NCBI GenBank assembly: GCA_030141605.1
Contig: JAQGDQ010000121.1
Span: 186,001 to 250,000, forward strand
Length of the DNA: 64,000 bases
Direction of reading: 5' to 3'
From: Tubiluchus corallicola
Lineage: Eukaryota > Animalia > Priapulida
The translations under genes were made by a program, and so were the position numbers. The notes beneath the pieces were generated by a model. It was not told the origin of the DNA. It saw only the letters and a program-made list of their open reading frames with translations, and made no database searches. This document shows positions 19,204 to 32,800 of this stretch, piece after piece (positions within the stretch are counted from its first letter, which is position 1; every line of letters starts with the position of its first letter).

Positions 19204-22200
19204 TAGCTCTTTCTTCATCTCCTCCTCGTCCTGCAAATAGAAGGCTTTGCCTTATCTTATTTCGAAAATAAACGAGATTAATAAATAAACAAATCTATTA
19301 ATTTCTCCCTCCCGTTTTCTCCTTTCTCTTATCCTCTGATTCTTTCCCCAACTCTCAATGGCTCTCTTCAACCCTCTTCATCATCTATGGACATCACATT
19401 CTCCATCTCGCTTTTGTATCAGCATTTGTACCATTTCGCTTTTCGCTCCATATTTCATGGTTTCGTTGCATTGAAGCATATACAGTATTGAATTATATAT
19501 AACATTCGCTTTAGAATGCCCCAATTCTAACTCTTCTTAATGCACCCCATCTTTCTAAAAATTCCTTTGGGATTACATTTTATGCAGCTGAAAACTTACT
19601 GTGATAGGCTTGAATATAATATTCCAAAATGTACTATAGTGACCTTTATCGATGCAGGAGATATGCAGTTAGCCAATATCTTGGTTCAGATCGTTTTGTT
19701 AACTGTTTGCTTTATTTGGCTCAATGTAGCAAAGGGAAATGCAAAAAAATATGCACAATTTTTATTGTGAAAGACATTTCGAAATGCAGTACAAATCTAT
19801 TTCTTACACATTTAAACTAATAAAATGCCAAGAGTAGTGAAACACGTGATACTGTTTCTATTATTAACCATACGTCATAATATAATGTTCTGGAATAATA
19901 AATTCCATTCTCGATTTGCATTAGCGTTGTCTTTACCCGAACTAAAATAAACGGACAAAGGTTTTATTCTACCGATGACCACCCGTGAGCGTAGGTACTG
20001 CAACAGGTGTGCGCAGGCATGAAAGCCTTAAATAGAAAGGTGCGGTGCTGGTTGTATAATTAATCAATTCTTCCGGGAGTTTAGGTGATTTTGCTCGGGT
20101 GATTTTAAGTTAACCTGCCCCGAACACGCAATTCGTTGGTACATTTCAGAGACTTCGTCTAGTTTTTGCAAATTACGCTAAATAATATAATGGTTAGAAT
20201 CGGTCGAAATGTAGTTAAAAAATAACTAATACAAAGGAGAAATGGAACAATAAAAAGGAAACGTTTACAGAAAATGCTGTTTCTTCCAATACAGGTGAAC
20301 GTCCTCCTCGTTGAGATTTGGCTTAATAAGAGAGCTACTAACGCCTAGTGTTGATATTAAAATTGAGTCTATCGCTCATTATACAAGTCATTAATAATTA
20401 CCCGATATTCTTTTTCAAGGTAAACTATGTAAGGCTTTCCGTGCGTAAGTCAGTTTCTGCCCTATAAAATATAAAGACAGTGTCCACAAATTTCTTGTTC
20501 TTTGATCTGTGTTTGGCTCGGGTCAACGTATTAACCCCAAATCTACTTAATTTCTCGGTTCAGTTCGAAAATGATCGGAGTTGCTCGATTCGGATTATTC
20601 CGGATGATTTTAAAGTGGCTTCGGAAGCCGCTGGACTTTATTTGTTCGGATTTTACGATGAGGTTTTCATGGTTGGATGGGCACAGCTAGCGAGATTGAA
20701 CAGGCTATGATCAGCTCTGAAACCCTCTCAAATACGCATTGATTTAGCTTTTAAATTTTATTGTGACATTAATTCTATTCCGTCTGCGTTTTACGCCAGT
20801 TTTACGATCGGTTCTAAGAAGCGAAATTGGAACCTAGAATTGTACTACATGCTTGAGATACTTCCGTTTCGATATGTCATATCTTTGAGTACTTCGTACG
20901 AAAGTTAAAAGTGTCTCACAATCCCAGGAGGAATGGACCAAGTAACAGAGCATTACATACACTCTTCTGTTAATTTCGTGAAGTGGTTATAGAGGGATTC
21001 CAGCACTTAGTCAAATGCAAGAACTAACGCCACCGTAATAACGAACTGAACAGTTTACAGTCGCGCAAATTTTGCATTTAACACGTTAGAATTGTTTAAA
21101 AAGGTTCATTTATAAAGCCTTCGTAAAACGCAAAGCCCCACCCAGCACAGCTAGACATATGAATACTGGAAAACCAGTGTTTTATTGTTCAGCAAAATAA
21201 TGATGCTATTTTGCCTGATCGAGTTGAATGCAAAGCTCGTTTCTGTTCTTTGCTTTGACAGGGTTTGATTGATTAACTGCAGAAATATCTCCACTTTACA
21301 GACAAGAAATGAACGGAAAAGAGGAAACCAAGTAGAAGTGAATAGTTCTTTACTTTAAGAATTCCCTTTTGTAACCGTACATTTGTTAAAGTTGAAAAAA
21401 AACTGAGCATCTTAAACTACTTGAGATCCATTGTTTTTTTCTTATACTATATGATATACTTAGTATTAAATAAGCAAAGAAGAAGCACCTTTTTCCCACC
21501 GCCCAATTCACTCGAACCTTGATTTTACAGCCTTGTGGGTCTTCATGTAGTGTCTCAACAAAATTATTGGTTGAATCAATCGACTGAGTAAACTGCAAAA
21601 TTTGAATGCGTCTACAGATCACAAGTATTACACATACAACTAAGACATTAAATACAAATAGCGTGTTTTGATTTGCAGGGCTGGTAACAGACATGTTTTC
21701 TGTTAATCTAAATCTGACAAAGAGATGGTAGCCATTGTTAGAAAGAGTGGTATTGTTCATATGGAGCTGCAACTTCACGCAACTCTTATCTGAGCAGGGA
21801 CAAATAATTTCTCGCATCTATTATTAAACCTGTACTTAGCTGGTAATTAACCAGGTAATCAAGGTCCGCTGAGTAACTCATTACTCCAGGATGGGCAACC
21901 GAAAATAGACGCAAGCGCACGTACGTACAGGTCAAGGAACTTGACTAACTGGACTAGATCGGGACAGAAGTCAAAATTGATTTAAACAAAGCAGCAATGT
22001 GCAAATATGGATTGTTACTGCGATTTGTATAATTTTTGCCACGCTTTTTGCAGCACTCTCTTCTGAACAAAAAAGAAAACTTAATCGACATTATCAGTAT
22101 CAATATATAGTCATCACAAAGACAGCAGTCATCTCTTGGTGTTTGTATCTGTACTTCTCAGAGAGGAGAAACTAACAATGAACTCAGCTGGCTCCTTAAA

Positions 22201-22285
22201 CCCGTTAAAACTTTTCCATTAATACTAAATTTCGAAAGTTTGTATCTTAAAAAAACTTCGGGTGATGAGCTAGTCGTTTAGGACC

Positions 22286-22497
22286 ATCTTCATCATCATC
22301 ATCACCATCACCATCACCATCATGATTATCATCGTCGTGCTCGTCATCGTCATCTCGTCGTTGTCGTCATCTTCATCATCATCATCACCACCGCCACCAT
22401 CATTATCGCCGTCATACATCATCATCAGCATCATCATTGTCATCATCATCATTATTATTATCAACAATCATCATCATCATCTTCTTCTTCTTCTTCA
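22286..22497. repeat. Degenerate (CAT)n trinucleotide repeat
   Basis: Direct reading. Confidence 0.9.
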
Positions 22498-25400
22498 AAA
22501 GAGTCATACAGTAAATCTCAAGGCCATCATGCATCGATCAATGGCTTCATTATCAATCACAATTTACAAGCGAGAGGCGTTAAATTACTTGAACACTGAA
22601 TTTATAATGTTACAAGATTTATGAGACCTATATAAATTTTACATCACACTTTACGGTATAACAACTTTAGCTGTCTCCCACTGGGGTCGCCGAATGCCTC
22701 CACTGCTCCCACCTTAATCAAATTTCCTCTAATTTGTTCAGGTTCTCGGCGGACGCAGTGACGGTTCGGCTTGCCGAGTAGTCGGGGTATTAGTACCGGA
22801 CCGACATTGTACGAAGCCGTTAAAATTACGTCGAACGTGATATGTTTTCTACTTTTCCAAATTCAATCAGAAGTTAATCTCTGTAAAAGCGTGCAGTTGC
22901 GCAGCTGAATACCAGCTACATAAATATTACTATTAAAGATTGAAAGACTGAAGTTGGAAATCGAAAGAACTTTTGAAACAACTATAGAGGTCACTAAATA
23001 AGTTTAATGCAAGTTGTGCATGGTCAATGTTAGGATTCGTGATTAGCTGATTGTCCATCACGATTTTACCAATAAAACGTGAGTATTTGAACAAACAAAG
23101 ATGCTATTAGGAATGAGATATTGATACGAAACACGCTTAATATGTCTGTTTTTTAAAATCTAGTTTGAAGGCTGTTGCTTTTGTCCTTTAAACAGCTGCC
23201 TGAAGAAATGACAAGCCATTTCTTAGTGAAGTAATGAGGCTTTTGCTTTAATGCAGGTAAAATACGTCTGAGTCAGTCACCTATATTGTGCTTTTATTTT
23301 CCTAAAGAGTTCTTATTACCTAATTAGCTCACCAAGTTGTTTGGCTTTCTATGCAAAACGGCAAAGTTTCCTACTAAATGGCTTCATCCTACGCTGACGT
23401 CACGTGATAAGCGTTTATGTCATGATAATGGCTTCCAGTAATGAATTTATTACCTCGCATGCTAGCCAAGTTGAAAGTGTTTTTACCGAGCTTTGTTATT
23501 GTCTTCACTAAGAGGCCTTTAAGATAAAAGGAGACGCAGTAAAAATAAATTACTCATAAGTTGATTCATGAAATTGAAAAGCCCACGCTGACTATAAAGT
23601 TTGTTTTCTAAAACACGATAAACAGGTGTCTTGATCATTAATCTCACAAAGATAAATGAGCCCCTCACAAATCTATTGCAGATCAAATATATCTCTCTGC
23701 CTTCCTTTCTCTTTTCTTTACTCTCATTTCTCTTCTTTTCTATATTTTTTTCGTTCTCTTTTCCCTCTTTTTTTGGTTAACATCTTATCATAATTTTTGC
23801 TTCTGTGTGTTTTAAACGGATGGATTACATACTTTTTAGTTTTAAAACTAATTTTTACATCCGTCCCATTTTCTTTCTCTTTTTTCATCTTTTTCTTTTA
23901 CCTATTTTTCCTTCTTTTCTGCTTTTCTTTTTTATTTTTCTTTTTTCTGCTTCTATCTCAAAGGAGACGTTTCTACAGGGATTATAGTATATAGTATGAC
24001 TTTTTCTTGCTTCTCTTGTCCTTTTAGTCACCTTATTTTTCTGACTCTTTTTACTTCTTGCAATATTATTTTTGCTTTCTAACAGAGACTCGAACTTCTC
24101 ACACTCTGACGTCATGTCGTATCGTCCAACTTGTCTCTTACAGTGATTGATATCAAAGTGATCAAATGCGAGCAGACTAGAAAACTGGAACAAGTTTGCG
24201 AAAATTAACTTTACTCTTGAAAGTTTGCAGAAAGGCTGATATCTTGAATTTCCGGATTCTAGAAAGAACGTGATACTCACTATCTTGTTACATGTCACAC
24301 TACTTTGCTATATCACTGGCATCATGAAGTCGAATCAAAACAAAATAATTTTCATGCAAGTGACGACAGAACGGACATGATTTTACTACTCAAATACCGT
24401 ATTTCATTTTAATCATTTACTTAACTTGGCTAATATTATAATGAATCTTTTACCTTATTACAATGTTTGTTCAGTAAATTTATCAGAATTTTGTGTTTGA
24501 TCAGGGTAATACATCAAAAGTTAACCAAAATACTGTTTACAGGAAGATGTACAGAGCAATGCAGCCTATGAATGAAAAAGAAACGTAAACCAGGAAAATA
24601 AAAATTGTTCAAGTAAGGTGAATAAAATGCACGCAATCTGGTAAAACAAAACGCATATTAAATTTTATGTGATATTTAAATTTGATTTGTATGTCCACTT
24701 GTCCGTCTAATACTTTATGTTAGCACTCAGACATCGCACGTTTCGTTGATATATATGTTTAATTTCATACTTTTGAAGAAATAAGATTAGCATAACTAGG
24801 TACAATTAAGTAAGTTGAGAGTAGAAACTAACAGTTTGTTTTCGTAGCTAACTGTTTCGTACTGTAAGATTTTATATTAGATGACGCAGAGCCAATCGAG
24901 AACCCCATGCGCAATGCATTGGCGTCTTGTTTACGAAACGAACTGATGCCTAGTGTTTCATTATAAACTTGCATAAGTGCCCAACGTTATTAATAATGAC
25001 ACATATTAAAGAAAAGGGTGTACTGTGGACTTAACGCGCGGCATTCAGATTACAAGAGATTTATAAACATCAGTGCTCTAAGGATCTCTTATTCTAGAAG
25101 GTATAGAGGTTTCATGGTGGGATTTTCCTTGCGTTGTTGTTTTGCCTTTTGGGCATTCTTTTCAATTATTTCTGACTGAAATTCTTTACCAGAAAAATGT
25201 CTCCCTACTAACTATAACATATTTTACTCCAGTTAAGTAGAACAAGAAAGTGCCTCTTATCATTAATAAGTTAGTTGTAATAATTTCGGCTTTTAGATCT
25301 GCACTTAAATACTTTTCTCTAACTGTATCGCTAGATTAGTCTTACATTGAGTGGCCACTGACCGTGTTTGGGGAGAGTTTTAAAAGTGCGATTTCACACT

Positions 25401-25762
25401 TTATTGCTGTTCGGATGCAGGAACCCAGTTAAAAGATCTTTACTGTAAGGGTGATTATTGTAAGCCTGTATGCTGAAGTGATTTAAAAAATACGACAATC
25501 GTAACTCAGACGATGTTGGACGACGAAAATAAAAACATACGGTAAGCACTAAATCACAGTGGTCGAGCTAAAGTCACGTCGCGTTTCGCTGTTAACAGAA
25601 TTTTTTGTACATCTTTAAAACAGTTTTATGGTAAGTAGGTTAATGCTTTGCATGCTCGTTGTACTTAGCAAAGGGCGGACTCATTTGTTACCTTATCATC
25701 AATTAAGTAATGCCTATTAATGAAATATAGCTGGCAGCTCAAGCTGAAGCTTTTCACTTAGC

Positions 25763-25766
25763 TCTC

Positions 25767-25864
<98 letters not shown>

Positions 25865-25982
25865 CTCTCCACCCTGTTTCTCCTCTCTCTTTTTTCACAC
25901 CCTTTCTCTCTCTCTCTCTCTCCCTCTCTGTACATCACTCTCCCCTCTTTCTCATTCTTCTTTCACTTTTTCTCTTTCTTTC
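25763..25982. repeat. (CT)n microsatellite and pyrimidine tract
   Basis: Direct reading. Confidence 0.95.
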
Positions 25983-27873
25983 TAAAAAAAATTATTTTTA
26001 GCAATTTTTTATTCAAAACAAGTCACTCGGCACTCGAGGTAAGAAATGTTATTAGAGAGGTGACCTACTAATTTCTAAGCTGAGTATCACGAATAGGTCG
26101 CTAAAAAGTATCTCCTGGTATCGACAGTTCTGCCTAGAAAACGTCCCAACGCATTCAGACCAAATTGACAGTGCTCACACAGGCTAAACGTCCTACATGT
26201 TGTCTTATTCAGACGCCTTTCGTGCTTAATTAAATTTACATGTAAAAGATTGACACGGTATAGGCTCTAAATTAACGAAAAATTTTGGCGAAAGCGGTGA
26301 AGCTACTAAATAGACATTCCTATACAGGCTCTGCAAACAGCGACTGTTTGCATATGTCTGTTGGCTATACACCATGGGTTGAGCAGAACTTCTGATTATG
26401 TTTGCTTGAAGCAAATTGATGATGGATAAATACGTCAAAACAGGTGCCTTTTTCACTAATATTGACAAGTTTGAGAGACAAACGATTGTGCATGCGCTTG
26501 GGTTTTGAGGAATGGCCTGACGTGTTTTGTGCCGTAAGAGTCACCCAAACAATACCAAATTGCATACATGTTCAGACATTTTGACAGAAGAATTGTTCTG
26601 CAGACAATGGAATGGTTGTCCTAAGACACACACACGAATATGTTTTATGGATAGAATGAAATAAGCGCTCTTCATTTAGCAAGAAACAGCAGAGAGAGTA
26701 GGACACTTGGACACAACATTCTATCTTGCCTTATAGCAAATCGGAGTGTATTTTTTTAAAACGCATACTGTTGCTAGGATTTTTATTTTTAGCTTGGACT
26801 ATTTTTTCGATGAGTTAAACGATTGCGTCTTAACGTACGTATCAAAATAAAAGCCTTAGTTTTGGCGTAAGAGTCCTGCTTTTTTGTTTTAGTTGTTACC
26901 ACTTCTCGTTAATTTATTGGCCATCTAAAAATACCATGCATATCTTTTTTATGCAATTCGATACTCTACAAATCAAAAGCCAGCACTCAACAACAGAGTC
27001 TACTACAACCGAATTCTGCTTCGTCATCAGTAGTAATGTCCCAAGATGAGATAATGAACCAGCAAAGGCCGCATGCATATATATATAGAAATTACGCAAG
27101 GCGGTATTTTTGAGACAGATGTAAACACGGCTGGATGTTGCTTTTTCGCCAGTCATCCAATCCCACCCATTCATTTGCCAACCAAGTTTAGTTCGGCTTA
27201 AGTTCTTGGCACTCGGCTATCTGCTTTAATTTTAATGTAACTTTCTTGGCAGTTATCGTAACAACGGTAAAAATAATTAGCTATGAAAGCAAACACAAAC
27301 GCAAATGCTGTGTAATAACTAATAATAATGATGATCACACAGCAAATTCCAAATAAGCAATATCAGAATTCTGTCACAACCGCCATTACGTTTACGATAA
27401 TATATTTACAACTGACTGGGATAATCGTCAATCAATCCCGTATAAATTACGTTATACCAGCTGGCTGATTCGACTTGGGACAAAGGTCAAGACGGTAATT
27501 GACCATCCGAGATGAAATTCACATTGAGTTAACTATCCCCAGCGGGACAATGCTAGTCTGATTAAAGTGTTATTCCAGCACGGCAGACACTTTGATGAGG
27601 AAGATGAGTCCCTTACACTCGGATAATTTCCACCAAATTGCGTCTAATCACAACCCTAGTGTAGTCGCCTCTTTCCGGCCTAAGCCGTACAACAGTCAGT
27701 AATGACTGGATGAGATAACTTACGGGTGACGAGCACTTGTGTACTGAACGCGACCTGAATACTGCACACATGTAAATTCAACATGATGTACCTCATCAAA
27801 ATTTAGATGTTGCGCCAGAGATGCTTCCTAATATCTAACTCGGAAGAACTCGAGCAAAACTCTAAAACGTATG

Positions 27874-28280
27874 GGATGTGAGATGAGGTAAGGTGAGATG
27901 AGAAGAGATTAAATGAAATGACGAAGAAGTGATAAGGCTCAGATGAGACAAGCGGTGAGACGGTGGGTGGGATAGAATAAGTTGAGGTGAGATAAGATAA
28001 GTTGAGGGATGAGATGAGATGAGCGATGGGATGTAGTGAGATGAGCTGCGTGAGTTAAGAAGAGATGAGATAAGCTGAGAGGCGAGAGTAGCTGAGGTGA
28101 GGCAAGGTGAGGCAGGGGTGAGGTAAGGAGAGTTAGGGTGAGATGAGATGAGATGAGATGACAGCGAGCTGAGAGGAGTAAGTTGAGCAATATCGTAAGA
28201 AGAGATATCAGAGACGAAATTAAATGAAATGAGATTTGATGAGATGAGATGAAACGAGATGAGACTGTATGAGATGACTT
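27874..28280. repeat. Degenerate (GAGAT/GAGGT)n pentanucleotide repeat
   Basis: Direct reading. Confidence 0.9.
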
Positions 28281-28462
28281 AAAAAATAAGGTAACTTCGC
28301 CAGACGGTAAAATCCCTGGTCATACCAAAGACTTGAACAGTGGTACCTGCTTGGCGTGTGGTATTTTCCTGGCAAAAAATAGTGGGTGATAATAATCCTA
28401 TTATGCAGTTTAGAATTTAGAGTCAGCAAAAAACTCTTTGGCTTATGTTTCTTTAAATAAAG

Positions 28463-28482
28463 ATTATTATTATTATTATTGT

Positions 28483-28572
<90 letters not shown>

Positions 28573-28580
28573 GATTATTA
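28463..28580. repeat. (TTA)n/(TTG)n compound microsatellite
   Basis: Direct reading. Confidence 0.95.
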
Positions 28581-28769
28581 CGTTAAAAAATAAAGTGAGA
28601 TAATACGCTGCCTGACAATACTGATAAACAATCAATATTTTCCTGAAAACGTTTTGTCCTGAACGTTTTCTGGCGAAAATTTGTTTTTGAAATGTTTGCT
28701 ATTTACTACTCTGGAAAAAGGGGCCTAACAAAAGAAAATATAAATACAAAAGTGTCAAGAAAAGTATTA

Positions 28770-29290
28770 TTAATTATTATTAATTCTTTATTTAACGTGG
28801 ATAACACTTTAACCAACAATTACAAAACTATTAGTTATTTCCGAAGTGGTCCACAAAATAAAATAAAGGGAAAAACATTACAAAAATATTGCACACTGGG
28901 AGCATTAAAAATAATATGTATGTAAAAGTAAGGTTTGTGTAGATACAGGTTATGAACGAAAAATGATTAAAATCGTGCGAAAACACAATTGCTGAAATAC
29001 AGTGTAGTTTGCTTTAATAGTGCGAAAACATTTATGCAGCTTAAGATATTTCCATTTCTTTGAATGCATGGAAATATTGTATTTGTAAGTCCCACGGGCA
29101 GGATTTATAATGCCCTTTAGTGAGTCCTTGGCTTTCCTACATGTGTATTATAATTTAGCAACTATTGTACTGATCGATAATGTTACTCTTTAACTGCATC
29201 TAAAACTGCCAATGTTAGCAATGTGCTGCAGCAATAATGTTCGAAAACCATTAGCAGAAACTAGAAGCCTGCACAATAGTAGAAAGACAC
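28770..29290 (-). mobile_element. Decayed 3' end of a CR1/L2/Crack-type LINE
   Basis: Frameshifted minus-strand peptides NYNTH ... RGTYKYNISMHSKKWKYL...F..IK resemble the ORF2 C-terminal HxYNTR ... GPKxWNxL pattern; ends in AATAAA plus a (TAA)-type tail at ~28770-28795. Confidence 0.45.
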
Positions 29291-29546
29291 GTAGGTGTGG
29301 TGCTATGCATCATGTCTTGATGTAAGGTTTTTGTTCCCTTCAACGACTGTCATCAAGTCATCTCCGCTCCGCTCTCGCTCTTATTGCATGATAGTTTTAA
29401 TTAGCGACGCTGCCAGTAGCTGCAACAAGCTTAGTGAGACCGTGGAAGTACTTAATGATGTGAAACCCTAATTGCAGCGTTTAATTAGACATGCACATGG
29501 AGTCTGCACACTCACTGTTCAACGTTCACACGGAATAATACATACG

Positions 29547-29880
29547 TATATATATATATATATATAGAAAGAGAGAGAGGGGGGAAGAGGGAGAGACGGG
29601 AGAGGGAGTGTGAGAGAGAGGGAGAGAGAAAGACCGAGAGAGAAAACACAGAAAACGATAGGACAAAGGAGAACCAAGAAATATAAGAAGAAAGCCGGCC
29701 AAACGGATGGATTGCTATCAAAAAAACTGACTTAATGAATAAACAAAACAAAACAAATAAAGAAGCAAACTTTCAAAGAAGCAAATAAACAAACACACGA
29801 ACAAAAAAACAACAACAAACAGAAAACAAAAACAAACAAGCGAACAAAAATGAAACAACAAACCAACATAAAACAATTTA
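29547..29880. repeat. (TA)n, (GA)n and A-rich (AAAC) low-complexity block
   Basis: Direct reading. Confidence 0.85.
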
Positions 29881-32800
29881 ATGCAAGACAGGAAAAATTC
29901 AGATCCAGATCCGAGAGCGCAACGCTGTTTACACCTGACTATACTTGGCGGAGTGTGGTTAACTTATATCAATACTGGTGAATTATTAAGCTCAAGTGTG
30001 ACTAGCCATTGCGCGCAATGCTCATGGCTAATTAGAACTTGACCGTGCCTGGTCCAATGTGGATTACTCGTGCGTATTTGAGCAGTGTGCCCTAATTTTC
30101 ACATTTCGATTCCTATCTCGGCTTGGATTCTTACATCGGCCCTTAAATAATTCTTGTTCGAGCATATCACTTGACTATGCTAGGCCCATATTAAGTTGTC
30201 TTTCAAATGAACTGTCGTTACATATTTAGCGTTGCATGACTATCATAAAAACTGACTGATATCCAATATACTGCACCCTTTGACGAAAGTCACCGTTCAT
30301 CACACCACTTTCCAGGCCCCACACCCCAGGTGTCGATCATGTAAGTTTCGTGACTCTAAGACTCTGCGGGATCGAGTCAAAATGAGTTAAAAAGTGGAAA
30401 ACTGGATGCTAACGTGATGATCAAAAATCATCGTCAGGGGTTCTCCTAGTTGTGCGACGCTAGCGCTCGCGGATAACATTAAAAAAAGATATAACAGTTC
30501 CTTTTCGCCCATTGTACATGGATGATTTTGATAACCCATTCAGCTCTACTTTTTCTATAGACTACTCTCATTGCTCGTTGCGTAGAATGGTTATTGTGTT
30601 CTCAACGAAGTTTCCTAATTTTTGCTTGCAGAAGTGGTAAGACAACACGTGACTGGCCACTTCTAGCAGAAAGAGATGACGTAATGGACAGGTTTCATTG
30701 TCCGTTTGGTCCGTATTTCTTTGTTATAAATGTCTGCTGAATGGGAGTCATTGTTAGTCGTCCAACCCTAAGAACTCTCCACGCTCAAAAGTGATGCAAT
30801 ACACTTGGAAAAGCTTTTCTCTATTTTTGTCAACTGGAGCATGCGAAGCTCCTCGTGTTTCTGGAACATCAGCAGAGTCATACATTAAAGATAAGAAAAC
30901 AGAAAAAAGCGAAATTAACGTCGTTAGGACGTCTGAAACATTAATTTTAGCAATATGACACTAAGATATATTCATTTGAACAGGCGATGCATTACAAGAT
31001 CTAGGATAGCAAGTTACTTGCCGCCTATTTAACAAGTTACAAAAAAGTGAAAAAATGCTTAAAAGTTCAACCTTTAATAAATTAAAATTGAAAAAAATGG
31101 CTATGGGGGATGGTAAGAGATATTCGCAAAAAATGTGTTTTTGATTGGCATAGATTTGATGCAAATGGAATTTCAGACGCTCCATACTTAAAAATAATTA
31201 CGTGACATTAAAGATTAATAACTACCTTGGCCGCGTAGTGTCAGTACATAAGCAAAAAATGTGCTTTTTATTAACATAATTAAGGTGAAATCGACAATTT
31301 AAATTGGTTAATGTTAATATTTAGGTAATGCAGACCACGTTTAGCCAAACCTTTTATACTTGCGTCTAACAGCACATCGTGTATGTGACATGTGTGATGC
31401 GTTAACGTTTCCATTACGACTTCTGAGGGCTCTGACACTGATGGACACTGAATCTCCTAATATACGAACGCGTGCTCGAAGCAATAAAAACGTCCTGACG
31501 TTGACATTAGTGGTTTCATATAAATACTACACTTATCTGCCCCTCTATTTGCATGTAACAAGCGTGTATTTATCAATGCTTATCGCCGACAGTGATGCAT
31601 ATCGTGATGGACTGTGTATAATTCAGCGGCCGGCGCGCTCAAATAAGATAATTAGTACGTCTGTGTGTGTACACTCGGATATACTGTTTGATATATGCAA
31701 ATGCAGGTACAATGTGGGATGTGAGTGTGTGCACTGCCTAGGCAAACATTTAAGTGATACATTTGGGTGCGTGCTACAGTTATTTTATTAGCATCTATTA
31801 TAATACATGACAGTTCCAACATAGATCTGGGAAGAAATACATAGAAAAAGAAAGATTGTACAAAAAAGAAAGACAGGGAGAGGAGAGAGAGCGAGAGAGA
31901 GAGAGAGATAAAGGGAAGGGGAAAGACTCAGAAATTCCAAGTACTAGTTGTGATATATTAATGAATTATGAATTAGTGAGAGATACCACGACTCTGACTC
32001 ATCAACACTTAATTCCTTATTTTACACATTACTAGTACCCACTACTGCAAGTGTCACATATGGCTGATATTATTAAACATGATTAATATCGCAGATCCTT
32101 CTCTTAATTCCCCTCCCAGCGTGACTCTTCATAGCCTTATCAGCACGTTATCATCAATGCAAATAAGTAGAGAAGCCCCGCTCTCCAGCCTTGCAAACCA
32201 CCGCCGGCCACAACTATCCGCTCTAAAACGGGCTTCAGTTTAAACAATAGAAATATTGATTCAATCTACGCGAAGCCAGGGGGCTATTGTTGCAAAAGGG
32301 TTTCCTTCTTGTAATGTTGATGACAGATGCTACCGTGCCAGGTTGCACCAAAGAGTGTAGTAACACATTCTCCATAATCGACATCGACCTGGTTATTGGA
32401 ATCGTCGTTTGCTTATTATTGAATATAAGGCAAGCGTGGGTACTATTGACATCGTCAGAACAGCTTATATTTCCCATGCGACGCATAGACTCTTGGCTAA
32501 AGGAAAGGTCATGCAGTTGTAAATCATACCAACCAAATGTATTAGCAATTCTGTGCATGATTACGATAACACAGGCCAGTCGTAGGTCGCAAGAAATTTT
32601 CGCGCATTTTACTGTTCTGTTTGGTCGTAAAACGACAACGACGACCACAACAACGACAACAGCAGAAACAAAAACGTGAACAAAAATAAAAGCAAGTATT
32701 AAAGCCAGAGTTTAAATAACAGTACTGCTCAAGCAAAATCAAGACTAACTACGACAGTGACAAAGACATCACAGCATAAAAATTTAGGAAAGGAGTTTAA

